Shown piece after piece: positions 1 to 8,743 of a DNA stretch of 64,000 nucleotides. Each line of letters opens with the position of its first letter. Position 1 is the first letter of the stretch. Below the pieces are notes generated by a model. That model was not told the origin of the DNA and did no database searches. It saw only the letters and a list, made by a program, of their open reading frames with translations. The position numbers and the translations under genes were made by a program. Source of the DNA: an uncultured delta proteobacterium (GTDB lineage: Bacteria > Desulfobacterota > Desulfuromonadia > Geobacterales > Geobacteraceae); NCBI GenBank assembly GCA_963717775.1, contig CAVQWZ010000025.1:131026-195025 (forward strand), given 5' to 3'.

Positions 1-159
1 AGGCGCAGAAGTTGGCGCATAACTAAAAAACGGGAAATCCACAAATTCCACAGATTGATGAAAAAATTGGAAGCCGCTTATAGCTTGATAACTCCTTGTT
101 GAATGCCTTATCTGTTACCGAAAAATCTGTGAAATCTGTGGATGACAAAGGGGTAAATT

Positions 160-546
160 ATGAAAGTAGCATTTACCAGTACTACCGGCGAAATGATCGA
201 TCAGCACTTTGGCATGGCAAGCAGCTTCTGTGTCTGGGAGATTGGGCCGGACGAGGCCCATTTTCTGGAGACTGTTCCTGTTGTGCAATCGGGTGATGAT
301 GAAGATGACAGGATAGCCTCGCGTGTCTCCGTTTTGGGCGATTGTGCCATCGTCTACACCATGCAGATTGGCGGACCTGCGGCGGCCAAGGTGGTTGCCT
401 GCAAGGTTCACCCTATGAAGACGGGCAAAGAAATTAGTGTGGTAGAAATCGTCGAAAAACTCCAGGAAGTTCTGCGGGGGAACCCTCCGCCATGGATAAG
501 AAAAGCGATGAACAAGGGGAGTATCCCCTCCTTTATGGAGGATTGA
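160..546 (+). CDS. nifX: NifX-family nitrogenase FeMo-cofactor carrier protein
   Basis: 128-aa ORF. N-terminus MKVAFTSTTGEMIDQHFG and C-terminal LRGNPPPWIRK are typical of NifX (NifB/X/Y FeMo-co domain). ATG preceded by AAAGGGG. Neighbours are nif-type ferredoxin, a second NifX-like gene and draT. Confidence 0.8.
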   Translation: MKVAFTSTTGEMIDQHFGMASSFCVWEIGPDEAHFLETVPVVQSGDDEDDRIASRVSVLGDCAIVYTMQIGGPAAAKVVACKVHPMKTGKEISVVEIVEKLQEVLRGNPPPWIRKAMNKGSIPSFMED

Positions 547-634
547 GGGTATTGAGAGCACAGTACGTTTAGATTTCAGATCGGGCAGGGTCTATCCTGA
601 CCCAATAACAAAACCCATACGGAGGAATAGTAAC

Positions 635-898
635 ATGGCATACATTACCGGACTAACCAGAGACAAAAAAGAGTGGACTCCTGAATTCGTCATGTCCATT
701 GACGAAGAAACCTGCATCGGCTGCGGTCGCTGTTACAAGGTCTGTGCGCACGATGTGCTTACCTTTGAAGAGGTGGACGAGGACGATTCCGCAAAAATGT
801 TCATGAAGGTTGAGAATCCCGGCAATTGCATTGGCTGCAAGGCCTGTGGCAGGACCTGCGCGAAGAAGTCGTTCACGTTTGCGCCGATCGTGCTGTAA
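635..898 (+). CDS. fdxB: nif-specific ferredoxin III (2x[4Fe-4S])
   Basis: 87 aa. TRDKKEWTPEFVMSIDEETCIGCGRCYKVC and a second CIGCKACGRTC cluster motif. RBS GGAGGA upstream. Size and N-terminal WTP.F motif match FdxB-type ferredoxin. Confidence 0.8.
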   Translation: MAYITGLTRDKKEWTPEFVMSIDEETCIGCGRCYKVCAHDVLTFEEVDEDDSAKMFMKVENPGNCIGCKACGRTCAKKSFTFAPIVL

Positions 899-1061
899 AA
901 AGTCTGTGAAATATAAGACGTAAGATGTCAGACGGGAGACGCAAGACATGGTCGCATAGGTAGAGGATGGAGGTATTCGCTGTTGATAGCGGGGCTATTA
1001 TTGAATCTGTCGAATTTATTGCGCATATCTTGCGTCTTCCGTTGTCTTTAAGGAGAAAGTT

Positions 1062-1391
1062 ATGCTGATTGCCGTAGCTTCACGGGATGGTAAAGAGATT
1101 AATGAGCACTTCGGTCACGCTGAGGTCTTTTATGTTTACGAGGTCGAGGGAGAAAACGTTTCCCTGAAGGAGGAGAAGAGGGTGGAAAAATACTGTTCGG
1201 ACGATCCCGATCATGGCCTGCGGAAACCGGTTCTCACTACCACTGCAGAGGCATTGAAGGATTGTCGGGCTGTTGTCTGTGCACAGATCGGGCAGGCGCC
1301 TCAAATGGAGTTGGAGCAGTTAGGGATTGATGTCTATGCTGCTCCCGGTCCGATTCGAGAAACTCTCATTGAACTGGCGAAAGTCATTTAG
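1062..1391 (+). CDS. NifB/NifX-family (dinitrogenase iron-molybdenum cofactor biosynthesis domain) protein
   Basis: 109 aa. MLIAVASRDGKEINEHFGHAEVFYVYEV is the canonical start of this domain family. RBS AAGGAGA 7 nt upstream. Confidence 0.7.
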   Translation: MLIAVASRDGKEINEHFGHAEVFYVYEVEGENVSLKEEKRVEKYCSDDPDHGLRKPVLTTTAEALKDCRAVVCAQIGQAPQMELEQLGIDVYAAPGPIRETLIELAKVI

Positions 1392-1456
1392 TCCTTACCT
1401 TGAGCATTTGGATGGAGACTATTTGACCTGATCCAAACCGGCTGGTATCTTCCGTT

Positions 1457-2245
1457 ATGACTATTTCCTATAATCATTGTAATCTGCCACCGTGGGCCAT
1501 TGCCTCACGACATTTTAACGAAAATCCTCAGCCGATTGAGCTCATGGGGGTTCGTGAGGCAAACCGCTTTCTCTTTCAGCGACTTGAAGAAATTCTCACG
1601 TCCGATGAAAGGGCAGTTTTTTTCAATGATTACATGTCGGTGAAGTTCCAACTACACCAGTGGGAAGAGCAGTCGAGCGAAAAGGCTCGCAAAAGCATCA
1701 AAAATAGTTACCTTCGTTTTCTTCGCGGCTGGGGAATGGAATCGAATTCCATCGAGGGGGCAGTGCTCAAGGGCTGGGTGGAGAGTCGTATCGGATTGCC
1801 CCCTACGTTCCACAAGCTGAAAATTACTGATGTCCATTCCGAAGAGTACCTCGTTTTTGCCATTGACCGGACCAAGGGAAGTGCGCGCACCAATGCTATT
1901 AATTCTCAACTTGACCTGCTTTTTGAGTATTCTCAATTCGATCTGGCGCGGAGGTTTCCGAGCGATCGCTGGCTGACACTCTACCGGGGAGTCACCAATG
2001 CCGAAGAGCATGAGGTACTGGAAGTCGTTTCCAAGACTGAGCAGTATGTACGTCTCAACAACCTTTCTTCCTTTACCGACGATATGGAGCGGGCCTGGGA
2101 GTTTGGTTATACTGTTTGGCAAGTGCAGGTTCCAATCTCCAAAATCTTCTTCTTTACCGGGCTCCTGCCCAGTAGCATCCTCAGAGGGGAGCGTGAGTTC
2201 ATGGTAATCGGAGGCGAATACCGGGTCAGAATGGTCACTTGGTGA
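1457..2245 (+). CDS. draT: NAD+--dinitrogen-reductase ADP-D-ribosyltransferase DraT
   Basis: 262 aa. Blocks IEGAVLKGWVESRIGLPPTFHK, LDLLFEYSQF, LYRGV, VRLNNLSSFT and FMVIGGEYRVR match my memory of Rhodospirillum/Azospirillum DraT. nif context. Confidence 0.8.
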   Translation: MTISYNHCNLPPWAIASRHFNENPQPIELMGVREANRFLFQRLEEILTSDERAVFFNDYMSVKFQLHQWEEQSSEKARKSIKNSYLRFLRGWGMESNSIEGAVLKGWVESRIGLPPTFHKLKITDVHSEEYLVFAIDRTKGSARTNAINSQLDLLFEYSQFDLARRFPSDRWLTLYRGVTNAEEHEVLEVVSKTEQYVRLNNLSSFTDDMERAWEFGYTVWQVQVPISKIFFFTGLLPSSILRGEREFMVIGGEYRVRMVTW

Positions 2246-2473
2246 AATTCTACCTTCTCTTTGCCTGTGAAATTATGCCATGCAAACAAAATAGATGCTC
2301 AATAATTGGTCATGTTTTCATTCGACGTTGTCTGTTATTTCCCGCCTAGCTTATTTGTATACCCTGCCCATCTTTTAAACATGAATTTCTTCTTCTACTG
2401 AACTAGCTGGATATATACCTTCAGAGCAGCTTTCGCCAAAGCTTCCGGGAAAAATGCTGTGGGTTTAGTAATC

Positions 2474-2489
2474 TGGCATTTACCGTGCA
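2474..2489 (+). promoter_or_regulatory. candidate sigma-54 (-24/-12) promoter upstream of modB
   Basis: TGGCAT-TTACC-GTGCA. GG (2475-2476) and GC (2487-2488) are separated by exactly 10 nt, as in TGGCAC-N5-TTGCW. Lies about 40 nt upstream of the modB start. Confidence 0.4.
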
Positions 2490-2529
2490 ATTGCTACCCT
2501 ATTGATCTATTTCCCTAGGAGCAGAGCGT

Positions 2530-3231
2530 ATGCTTGAACCGATACTTCTTTCTTTAAAGGTAGCCGTTGCGGCGGTGGCTGTCGACTTTTTCATCGGCCT
2601 CGGCATTGCCCGGACCATGGCACGGAAGGATTTCCCGGGCAAGAATGTCGTGGAATCTCTTATCATTCTTCCGATGGTGCTGCCTCCTACGGTGTTGGGC
2701 TACGGTCTGCTGATCCTTTTGGGCAAGAGGGGGTTGATCGGGAGTTTCCTGCTGGAGACGTTTGATCTGCAGCTGGTATTTACCTGGTGGGCGGCGGTCA
2801 TTGCTTCGGCGGTTGTCTCTTTTCCGCTCATGTACCAGAGCGCCAAGGCGGCTTTTGCCGGAGTAGACCAATCACTGGAGCAGGCGGCACGTACCCTCGG
2901 TGCGAAGGAGTTGCGGATCTTCCTGACAATAACTTTGCCGCTGGCCTGGCCCGGGATCCTGGCGGGACTGGTTTTGTCCTTTGCGCGCGCGCTAGGGGAA
3001 TTCGGTGCAACGCTGATGGTGGCGGGGAACATACCGGGGAAGACCCAAACGATACCGCTGGCTATCTACTTTGCCGTGGAGTCCGGGGATACGGCTGTGG
3101 CCCGGAACCTGGTGCTGGTGATTACCCTGATATCCTTTGCCGTCGTTTTCTGGCTCAATTGGTGGAGTCGCAGTAAGCTTCAGGGGTGGAAGAAAGGAGG
3201 TTCGTGCCATGCTGAAAGTCAACATCCATAA
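2530..3231 (+). CDS. modB: molybdate/tungstate-type ABC transporter permease (ModB-like, CysTW family)
   Basis: 233-aa polytopic membrane ORF. MLEPILLSLKVA...LPPTVLGYGLLILLGKRG and the EAA-like loop LEQAARTLGA...FLTITLPLAWPGI are typical of ModB. 23-nt overlap with the downstream ATPase. Confidence 0.75.
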   Translation: MLEPILLSLKVAVAAVAVDFFIGLGIARTMARKDFPGKNVVESLIILPMVLPPTVLGYGLLILLGKRGLIGSFLLETFDLQLVFTWWAAVIASAVVSFPLMYQSAKAAFAGVDQSLEQAARTLGAKELRIFLTITLPLAWPGILAGLVLSFARALGEFGATLMVAGNIPGKTQTIPLAIYFAVESGDTAVARNLVLVITLISFAVVFWLNWWSRSKLQGWKKGGSCHAESQHP

Positions 3232-3868
3232 GCACCTGCCCGGCATCAGTATCGATGTGAATTTCAGTGTCACCGAAGGAATTATGGTGATTTTTGGTCC
3301 TTCCGGTGCCGGTAAAAGCACGATATTGAACTGCATTTCCGGCCTGCAATTGCCGGACAATGGGAGTATCTCACTAAATGGGAAGGTTTTCTACTCCTCA
3401 AAGGACGGGATTGCCATTCCGGCCCGCAACCGTCACATCGGCTACGTATTTCAGGATTACGCACTCTTCCCCCACATGTCTGTAAAGGATAATGTGATGT
3501 ATGGTATACCGAGCCGCTGCAAGACTGGTGGCGGTTTTCGAATGACTGTACTGGATGTGTTGGAGATGTTGAAGATAACCTGCTTACAGGACCGTTATCC
3601 CTGCGAGCTCTCAGGAGGCGAGAAACAGCGGGTTGCCCTCGCACGTGCCTTGATGGTCGAGCCAGACCTGCTTTTGCTGGATGAGCCGCTGTCGGCCCTT
3701 GACCATGGTAACCGAAAGGCACTTCAGGGTGAGCTTCTGGAGTTCCAGCGGATTTGGCAGATACCGTTTCTTCTTGTTACCCATAGCAGAAGGGAGATGG
3801 CGGTCCTTGCTGACGAGGTGTTGTTTCTGGAAAAAGGCAAGCAGGTAGCGATTGCCCCCGTGGTATAA
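3209..3868 (+). CDS. modC: molybdate-type ABC transporter ATP-binding protein, short form without C-terminal TOBE/Mop domain
   Basis: Start moved to the ATG at 3209 (RBS GAAAGGAGG). Walker A GPSGAGKST, signature LSGGEKQRV, Walker B LLLLDEP. Only about 219 aa. Confidence 0.7.
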   Translation: MLKVNIHKHLPGISIDVNFSVTEGIMVIFGPSGAGKSTILNCISGLQLPDNGSISLNGKVFYSSKDGIAIPARNRHIGYVFQDYALFPHMSVKDNVMYGIPSRCKTGGGFRMTVLDVLEMLKITCLQDRYPCELSGGEKQRVALARALMVEPDLLLLDEPLSALDHGNRKALQGELLEFQRIWQIPFLLVTHSRREMAVLADEVLFLEKGKQVAIAPVV

Positions 3869-3895
3869 CCCGTCCTGACCCTGATGATAAAAAGC

Positions 3896-3940
3896 AAAAA
3901 GGCCATCCGAAGCAGTATGCTTCGGATGGCCTTTTTTTTT
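3896..3940. terminator. bidirectional rho-independent terminator between convergent modC and lepB
   Basis: Perfect 13-bp stem GGCCATCCGAAGC/GCTTCGGATGGCC (3901-3913 / 3919-3931), loop AGTAT. Flanked by an A-run upstream and T9 downstream. Confidence 0.85.
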
Positions 3941-3964
3941 AATGGACACGGGTTGATGCGGCTG

Positions 3965-4630
3965 TTACTTGATCAATTGGCCGATGCTGCCCCAGCGTAC
4001 CCGCCAGTTCTCTCCATCCCATGACCAGTACTTGATAAAGGCGAGACCTTTGATTTTATCCTTCTTGACGAAACCCCAGAACCGGCTGTCATAAGAGCGG
4101 TCCCGGTTGTCGCCCATGACGAAGTAGCTTCCTGCAGGAACCTTGACAGGACCAAATGTGTCCCTGGGGTTCTGATCTTCAGGCACCAGATCATTTTCCT
4201 TGTGAACCTCGTGGGGATTCTTGTAGAGTTTACCGTTTACATAGACATTCTTATTGATTCCCTGTACCACATCGCCGGGAACTCCAACTATCCGCTTGAT
4301 GAAATCCTTGCTCGGATCCTCCGGATATTCAAACACGATGACATCTCCCCGGTGCGGATCGCGCAACGCGAAGACCTGTTTATCGGTGAAGGGGATGGTT
4401 GTGCCGAAGATGAACTTATTCACCAGTAGATGATCGCCAACCTGGAGGGTGTCTTCCATGGATCCGGACGGAATTTTGAAAGCCTGCACCACGAATGTCC
4501 TGATAAAAAGTGCCAGGACAACGGCGATGATGATTGATTCGGCGTATTCCCTGACGAGATGCTTCTTTTTCCCGGTGTGGGCACCGTTCGATTCCGTTTC
4601 CGGTTCATTGCGAAGTTTGTTTTTTTCCAT
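3965..4630 (-). CDS. lepB: signal peptidase I
   Basis: 221 aa. SGSMEDTL catalytic-Ser box, GDHLLVNKF and GDNRDRSYDSRFWGFV boxes. Directly downstream of lepA. Confidence 0.92.
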   Translation of the reverse strand: MEKNKLRNEPETESNGAHTGKKKHLVREYAESIIIAVVLALFIRTFVVQAFKIPSGSMEDTLQVGDHLLVNKFIFGTTIPFTDKQVFALRDPHRGDVIVFEYPEDPSKDFIKRIVGVPGDVVQGINKNVYVNGKLYKNPHEVHKENDLVPEDQNPRDTFGPVKVPAGSYFVMGDNRDRSYDSRFWGFVKKDKIKGLAFIKYWSWDGENWRVRWGSIGQLIK

Positions 4631-4651
4631 GGTCTGGTATCCTTGCTGAGT

Positions 4652-6451
4652 TTAGTCTTCTACCTTGAGAATTGCCAAGAAGGCTTCCTGAGGAAGTTCA
4701 ACATTCCCCACGTTTTTCATTCTTTTCTTTCCTTCTTTCTGTTTTTCCAGCAGCTTTCTTTTTCGGGTTATGTCACCGCCATAACATTTTGACAGAACAT
4801 CCTTGCGGAGGGCCTTGACTGTCTCGCGTGCGATGATCTTGTTGCCGATTGCTGCCTGGATGGCGACCTCGAACATCTGGCGGGGAATAAGCTCCTTCAT
4901 CTTGGAAACGAGATCCCGGCCGCGATAATAGGCCTTGTCCTTGTGAATAATGAGGGAAAGGGCGTCAACCACCTCACCATTGATCATGATATTGAGGCGG
5001 GACAGCTCACTAAGGCGGTAGTCGAGATACTCGTAGTCGAGGGACGCGTATCCTTTGCTTATGGATTTCAGTCGGTCGTAAAAGTCGAGAACTATTTCGT
5101 TGAGGGGCATCTCATAGATAATCATGACACGTGTCTGGGTAAGGTACTTGATTTCCCGCTGGTAGCCGCGCTTGTCTTCGCAGAGGGCCAGGACGCCTCC
5201 CACAAACTCGTTTGGAACATGGATCGAGGCGAGGATGAACGGTTCTTCGATATGATCGATGACCTGGAGTTCTGGCAGCTGGTTGGCGCTCTCGATGGTG
5301 ACTATCGAACCATCCGTTTTGTGCACCCGGTACACGACCGTGGGGGCTGTGGTGATGAGCTGCAGGCCGAATTCCCGTTCAAGACGTTCCTGGATGATTT
5401 CCATGTGCAGGAGCCCGAGGAAACCACAGCGATAACCGAAGCCCAGGGCAACCGAGTTTTCCGGCTCGTAGCTGAAAGATGCATCGTTCAGGCGGAGTTT
5501 TGCCAGAGCGTCGCGAAGCTGCTCGTATTGGGCCGTATCAATGGGATAAAGCCCGGAAAATACCATGGGCTTCACTTCTTTGAACCCGGAAAGGGGAACG
5601 GCACACGGTCTGTGAAAGAGGGTCACGGTGTCGCCTACTTTGGCGTCCTTAACCTCCTTGATGCCGGCAATGATGAATCCGACTTCGCCGGCGGAGAGCG
5701 AGGGGACCTCGACCATTGCAGGGGCGAACACTCCGACCTTGAGGGCCTCGTGGGTTTGGCCGCCTGCTACAAGTTTGATTTTGTCGCCTTTTTTCAAGGT
5801 GCCGTCGTAAATCCGAACCAGGATGATGACTCCCTGGTACTGGTCATACCAGGAATCAAAGAGCAGCGCCTTGAGGGGAGCACTTGGGTCTCCCTTTGGT
5901 GGTGGTATCTTGCGGACGATCTCTTCAAGGATTTCCCGTGTTCCGATCCCTTCCTTTGCGCTTGCCAGAACTGCATCGTGGGCATCGATACCGATGATTT
6001 CCTCGATTTCCTCCTTGACCCGTTCCGGGTCTGCGGCAGGGAGGTCAATTTTGTTCAGTACCGGAAAGACTTCGAGATTGTTTTCGATAGCCAGATAGAC
6101 GTTGGCAAGAGTCTGAGCCTCGACTCCCTGGGAAGCATCCACCACCAGCAGTGCGCCTTCGCAGGCAGCCAGAGAGCGTGATACCTCGTAGGTGAAATCC
6201 ACATGACCCGGGGTGTCGATGAGGTTGAGGATATAGGTGACGCCGTCAGCTGCACGGTACGAGAGTCGAACTGTCTGGGCTTTGATGGTGATGCCGCGTT
6301 CCCGCTCAAGATCCATCTTGTCCAGGAACTGGTTCTGTTTCTCCCTGTCTGTCAGTGCTCCGGTATATTCAAGGAGTCGGTCCGCGAGGGTAGATTTTCC
6401 GTGGTCAATGTGGGCGATAATGGAGAAATTGCGGATCGTGCTGATTTTCAT
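4652..6451 (-). CDS. lepA: translation elongation factor 4
   Basis: 599 aa. [30 protein letters not shown] and NKIDL GTPase motifs, and the conserved LepA C-terminus. Confidence 0.97.
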   Translation of the reverse strand: MKISTIRNFSIIAHIDHGKSTLADRLLEYTGALTDREKQNQFLDKMDLERERGITIKAQTVRLSYRAADGVTYILNLIDTPGHVDFTYEVSRSLAACEGALLVVDASQGVEAQTLANVYLAIENNLEVFPVLNKIDLPAADPERVKEEIEEIIGIDAHDAVLASAKEGIGTREILEEIVRKIPPPKGDPSAPLKALLFDSWYDQYQGVIILVRIYDGTLKKGDKIKLVAGGQTHEALKVGVFAPAMVEVPSLSAGEVGFIIAGIKEVKDAKVGDTVTLFHRPCAVPLSGFKEVKPMVFSGLYPIDTAQYEQLRDALAKLRLNDASFSYEPENSVALGFGYRCGFLGLLHMEIIQERLEREFGLQLITTAPTVVYRVHKTDGSIVTIESANQLPELQVIDHIEEPFILASIHVPNEFVGGVLALCEDKRGYQREIKYLTQTRVMIIYEMPLNEIVLDFYDRLKSISKGYASLDYEYLDYRLSELSRLNIMINGEVVDALSLIIHKDKAYYRGRDLVSKMKELIPRQMFEVAIQAAIGNKIIARETVKALRKDVLSKCYGGDITRKRKLLEKQKEGKKRMKNVGNVELPQEAFLAILKVED

Positions 6452-6662
6452 TCAGTATCCTGCTTTAGTGTAGAAGGCTCCGCACCGGCTGACTAGCCGG
6501 TTTGCGGCGAAAAGATATCAGCTGCGCAAGCGGCGGCAGGGCTCCGATTTAGGAGAAAACCATCCGTTTTGGCTATGGCAAAAGATCATCAAAATATAGA
6601 AGAATATAGAAATTTCCAGTTGTTGTAAAGGGAAAACAGGAAAGCTGTGGGAGGCGTGTCTG

Positions 6663-8693
6663 CTAGAAAGCTTTGAATTTTCCTAATGCCCCTATCCCTG
6701 AAAGGGTGAAGCTTACCAGAAAACTCGTGTCGCCGGGACGTTCGCGATAGGAAAAGTTCAGGCCCCAGCACTGTTGCTTGAATTCCAGGGCATAGTAGGA
6801 TTCCAGAAAATCGTTTGTGTCGAAAGAATAGCGGGTCATGTAGTGGAAAACGAACGGTTCAATGTAGCTGATTGATAAACCTCCCTCAAGGTAACGGACT
6901 TCGTCACGGGAAAAACTGTAGCCGATCCGTGCTGCGTTGCCCACACTGTCGGAGACTTTGGCGGCAATGTTTATGGATGAGATATTTGCCTGATAGGTGT
7001 TAAAGCGGCTGTCCAGTAAGAGGGAAAGACGGTCTGTTGGATTCACCTTGGCTTCGACCCTGACGTCGGTGAAGGAATGCTTATCGTCAACAAGCGTCAG
7101 GACGTCGCGACGGGTGCCGCTGAATTCGTACCCCTGGGATATTCTCAGATAGGCAAGATCCCGGTAGGTGGAAGGGTTGTCTGGTGAAAGATATTTGCCG
7201 GTCAGATAGTTTGTTATTGAGTAATTGATCATGTTCTGGGCTACCTGCCTGTCGGTATAGTCGAAGAACGGAAGACCATCCTGATTTCTTAGCGGCAAAT
7301 AGGAGTATCTGATTTCTGGGATGATGGTGTGCTGTACCTTTTTCAGGTTGCCCCAATCCATGTCGTAGACGCGAGAGAGCGTGGTGGAGAGCGATGCTCC
7401 CACCTCGATAATCCCCATATCGCTTGAGCCCGTGGCAATATCCCCCCCATAGGTATTATAGAACCTTTGATGGTATCCGACCCATGCGGAACTTTCAATC
7501 CCTGGTAACGGGGAGTTGTAGAAGGTGATCATCGGAGTGAGGTAGATCCTCTGTCCTTGCAACCCGTTCTGTCGATGGAAGTTGGTGAAGTTGGAGTCCA
7601 GGGAAACATAGAGCGGGGTATCAGCCAGTTGCTGCTTGAGGCCAGTGAAGGTGATGATGGGCAGTTCCTGGAGAGTCGCTTTGTTGTTGACGGCGTAAAG
7701 GTTCTCGGTATAGCGCAACTCTGTTGTCAAGGAGTACTTTTCCCAGTGTTTAGTGATGAATGCAGAACTTTCAAGATACTGCATGTTGTACACCCCGGTG
7801 GCGTCACTGAAGTCCTGATAAAACTGGCGATCGAGGGTCAGGTTGATATCTGCACTGAGGAAGAGGGTCGGAGAGAATGACTGTTGGTGTTTCAGGTCAA
7901 AGATACCGCGAAATTCACTTTTTTCGGTGTCATAGATGAAATAGGAGTTTGCCACCCCGTGCCCTCCCGAACGCAACAGATAGCGGTAATCAGCTCCAAT
8001 TCCCGCACCGCGTTTGCTCTGGATATCCAGGTAGAAGGTTGCATCCTGACTTGGCGATATGACCTGGTAGTAGGGGATTTCGAGGTAGAAGCCCTTTTTG
8101 GATGACACTCCGGCGCGGGGCATCAGGAACCCCGACTGTCGTTCTTCCTGGACCGGATAAATGATATAGGGGAAGTAAAGGACCGGGATGTCCTTGATAT
8201 AGAATACGGCATGCTTTCCGACAGCATAATTGTTTCTCGTCACGTCCAGTTCCGCTGCTTTGAATTTCCAGCTGGGAACCTTTCCGTCGCAGGTGGTAAA
8301 GGTTCCGTTCTCGATATGATAGTCTTCCTCTCCCGTTTTTTGCAGTTTCTTACCGGTGAGGCGGAAGTTTCCGTTTTTGACGAACAGGGCGGCGTCCTGG
8401 ATTTCACCTTTAGCCGTTTCCATGTCCATGGATGCACGGGTTCCCCGAAGAGTGTTTTCACCTTTTATGAAAAGAACATTACCTTCTGCAACGGCCAGAT
8501 TATCCTTTTGCCGGAGGGAAACCGCATCGGCGAAAAGAATAATCCCGCTCCAGTCGATCCGTACTTTACCGGTAGCATTGTACGAGTCACTGTTTTTGTC
8601 GTAGCCGATGGTGTCAGCCTTGATTTTTATCCCCTCCGTGTTGGGGGGAGCTGCCTCGAGTGCAGTAGACGGGACGACATAGGCAAAAAGCAA
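6663..8693 (-). CDS. lptD: LPS-assembly outer-membrane protein LptD; the 5' end (signal peptide) is apparently in another frame
   Basis: 676-aa ORF with an OstA-like N-domain and a beta-barrel ending in ...GKFKAF. The ORF as given starts at TTG without a signal peptide. A signal-peptide-like ATG ORF starts at 8731 in the -1-related frame. Confidence 0.8.
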   Translation of the reverse strand: MLFAYVVPSTALEAAPPNTEGIKIKADTIGYDKNSDSYNATGKVRIDWSGIILFADAVSLRQKDNLAVAEGNVLFIKGENTLRGTRASMDMETAKGEIQDAALFVKNGNFRLTGKKLQKTGEEDYHIENGTFTTCDGKVPSWKFKAAELDVTRNNYAVGKHAVFYIKDIPVLYFPYIIYPVQEERQSGFLMPRAGVSSKKGFYLEIPYYQVISPSQDATFYLDIQSKRGAGIGADYRYLLRSGGHGVANSYFIYDTEKSEFRGIFDLKHQQSFSPTLFLSADINLTLDRQFYQDFSDATGVYNMQYLESSAFITKHWEKYSLTTELRYTENLYAVNNKATLQELPIITFTGLKQQLADTPLYVSLDSNFTNFHRQNGLQGQRIYLTPMITFYNSPLPGIESSAWVGYHQRFYNTYGGDIATGSSDMGIIEVGASLSTTLSRVYDMDWGNLKKVQHTIIPEIRYSYLPLRNQDGLPFFDYTDRQVAQNMINYSITNYLTGKYLSPDNPSTYRDLAYLRISQGYEFSGTRRDVLTLVDDKHSFTDVRVEAKVNPTDRLSLLLDSRFNTYQANISSINIAAKVSDSVGNAARIGYSFSRDEVRYLEGGLSISYIEPFVFHYMTRYSFDTNDFLESYYALEFKQQCWGLNFSYRERPGDTSFLVSFTLSGIGALGKFKAF

Positions 8694-8743
8694 AGAGATG
8701 CGAGCAGGAATTGTAGGAGAGAAGTTTTCATGGAATCCGGGTG

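Noticed and set aside
2246-2529. Possible molybdenum-cofactor (Moco) riboswitch or missing modA in the 284-nt gap before modB.
   Set aside because: I could not find the conserved Moco-motif helices or any ORF resembling a periplasmic binding protein. Only a sigma-54-like promoter match is reported. A covariance-model scan would be needed to exclude the riboswitch formally.
4943-6181. 412-aa ORF on the + strand opposite lepA. Similar long antisense ORFs: 34265-35248 opposite hisS, 41797-42738 opposite lpxC, 27168-28034 opposite the DUF362 gene, 37616-38602 opposite yedF/csd, 16040-16759 opposite ccsA, 55512-56429 opposite the RND pump, and 12584-13318 opposite the MCP.
   Set aside because: Each lies entirely inside a gene with unmistakable homology-type motifs on the other strand. 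Their products are low-complexity, Arg/Gly/Pro-rich sequences with no recognisable motifs. These are shadow ORFs typical of GC-rich coding DNA.
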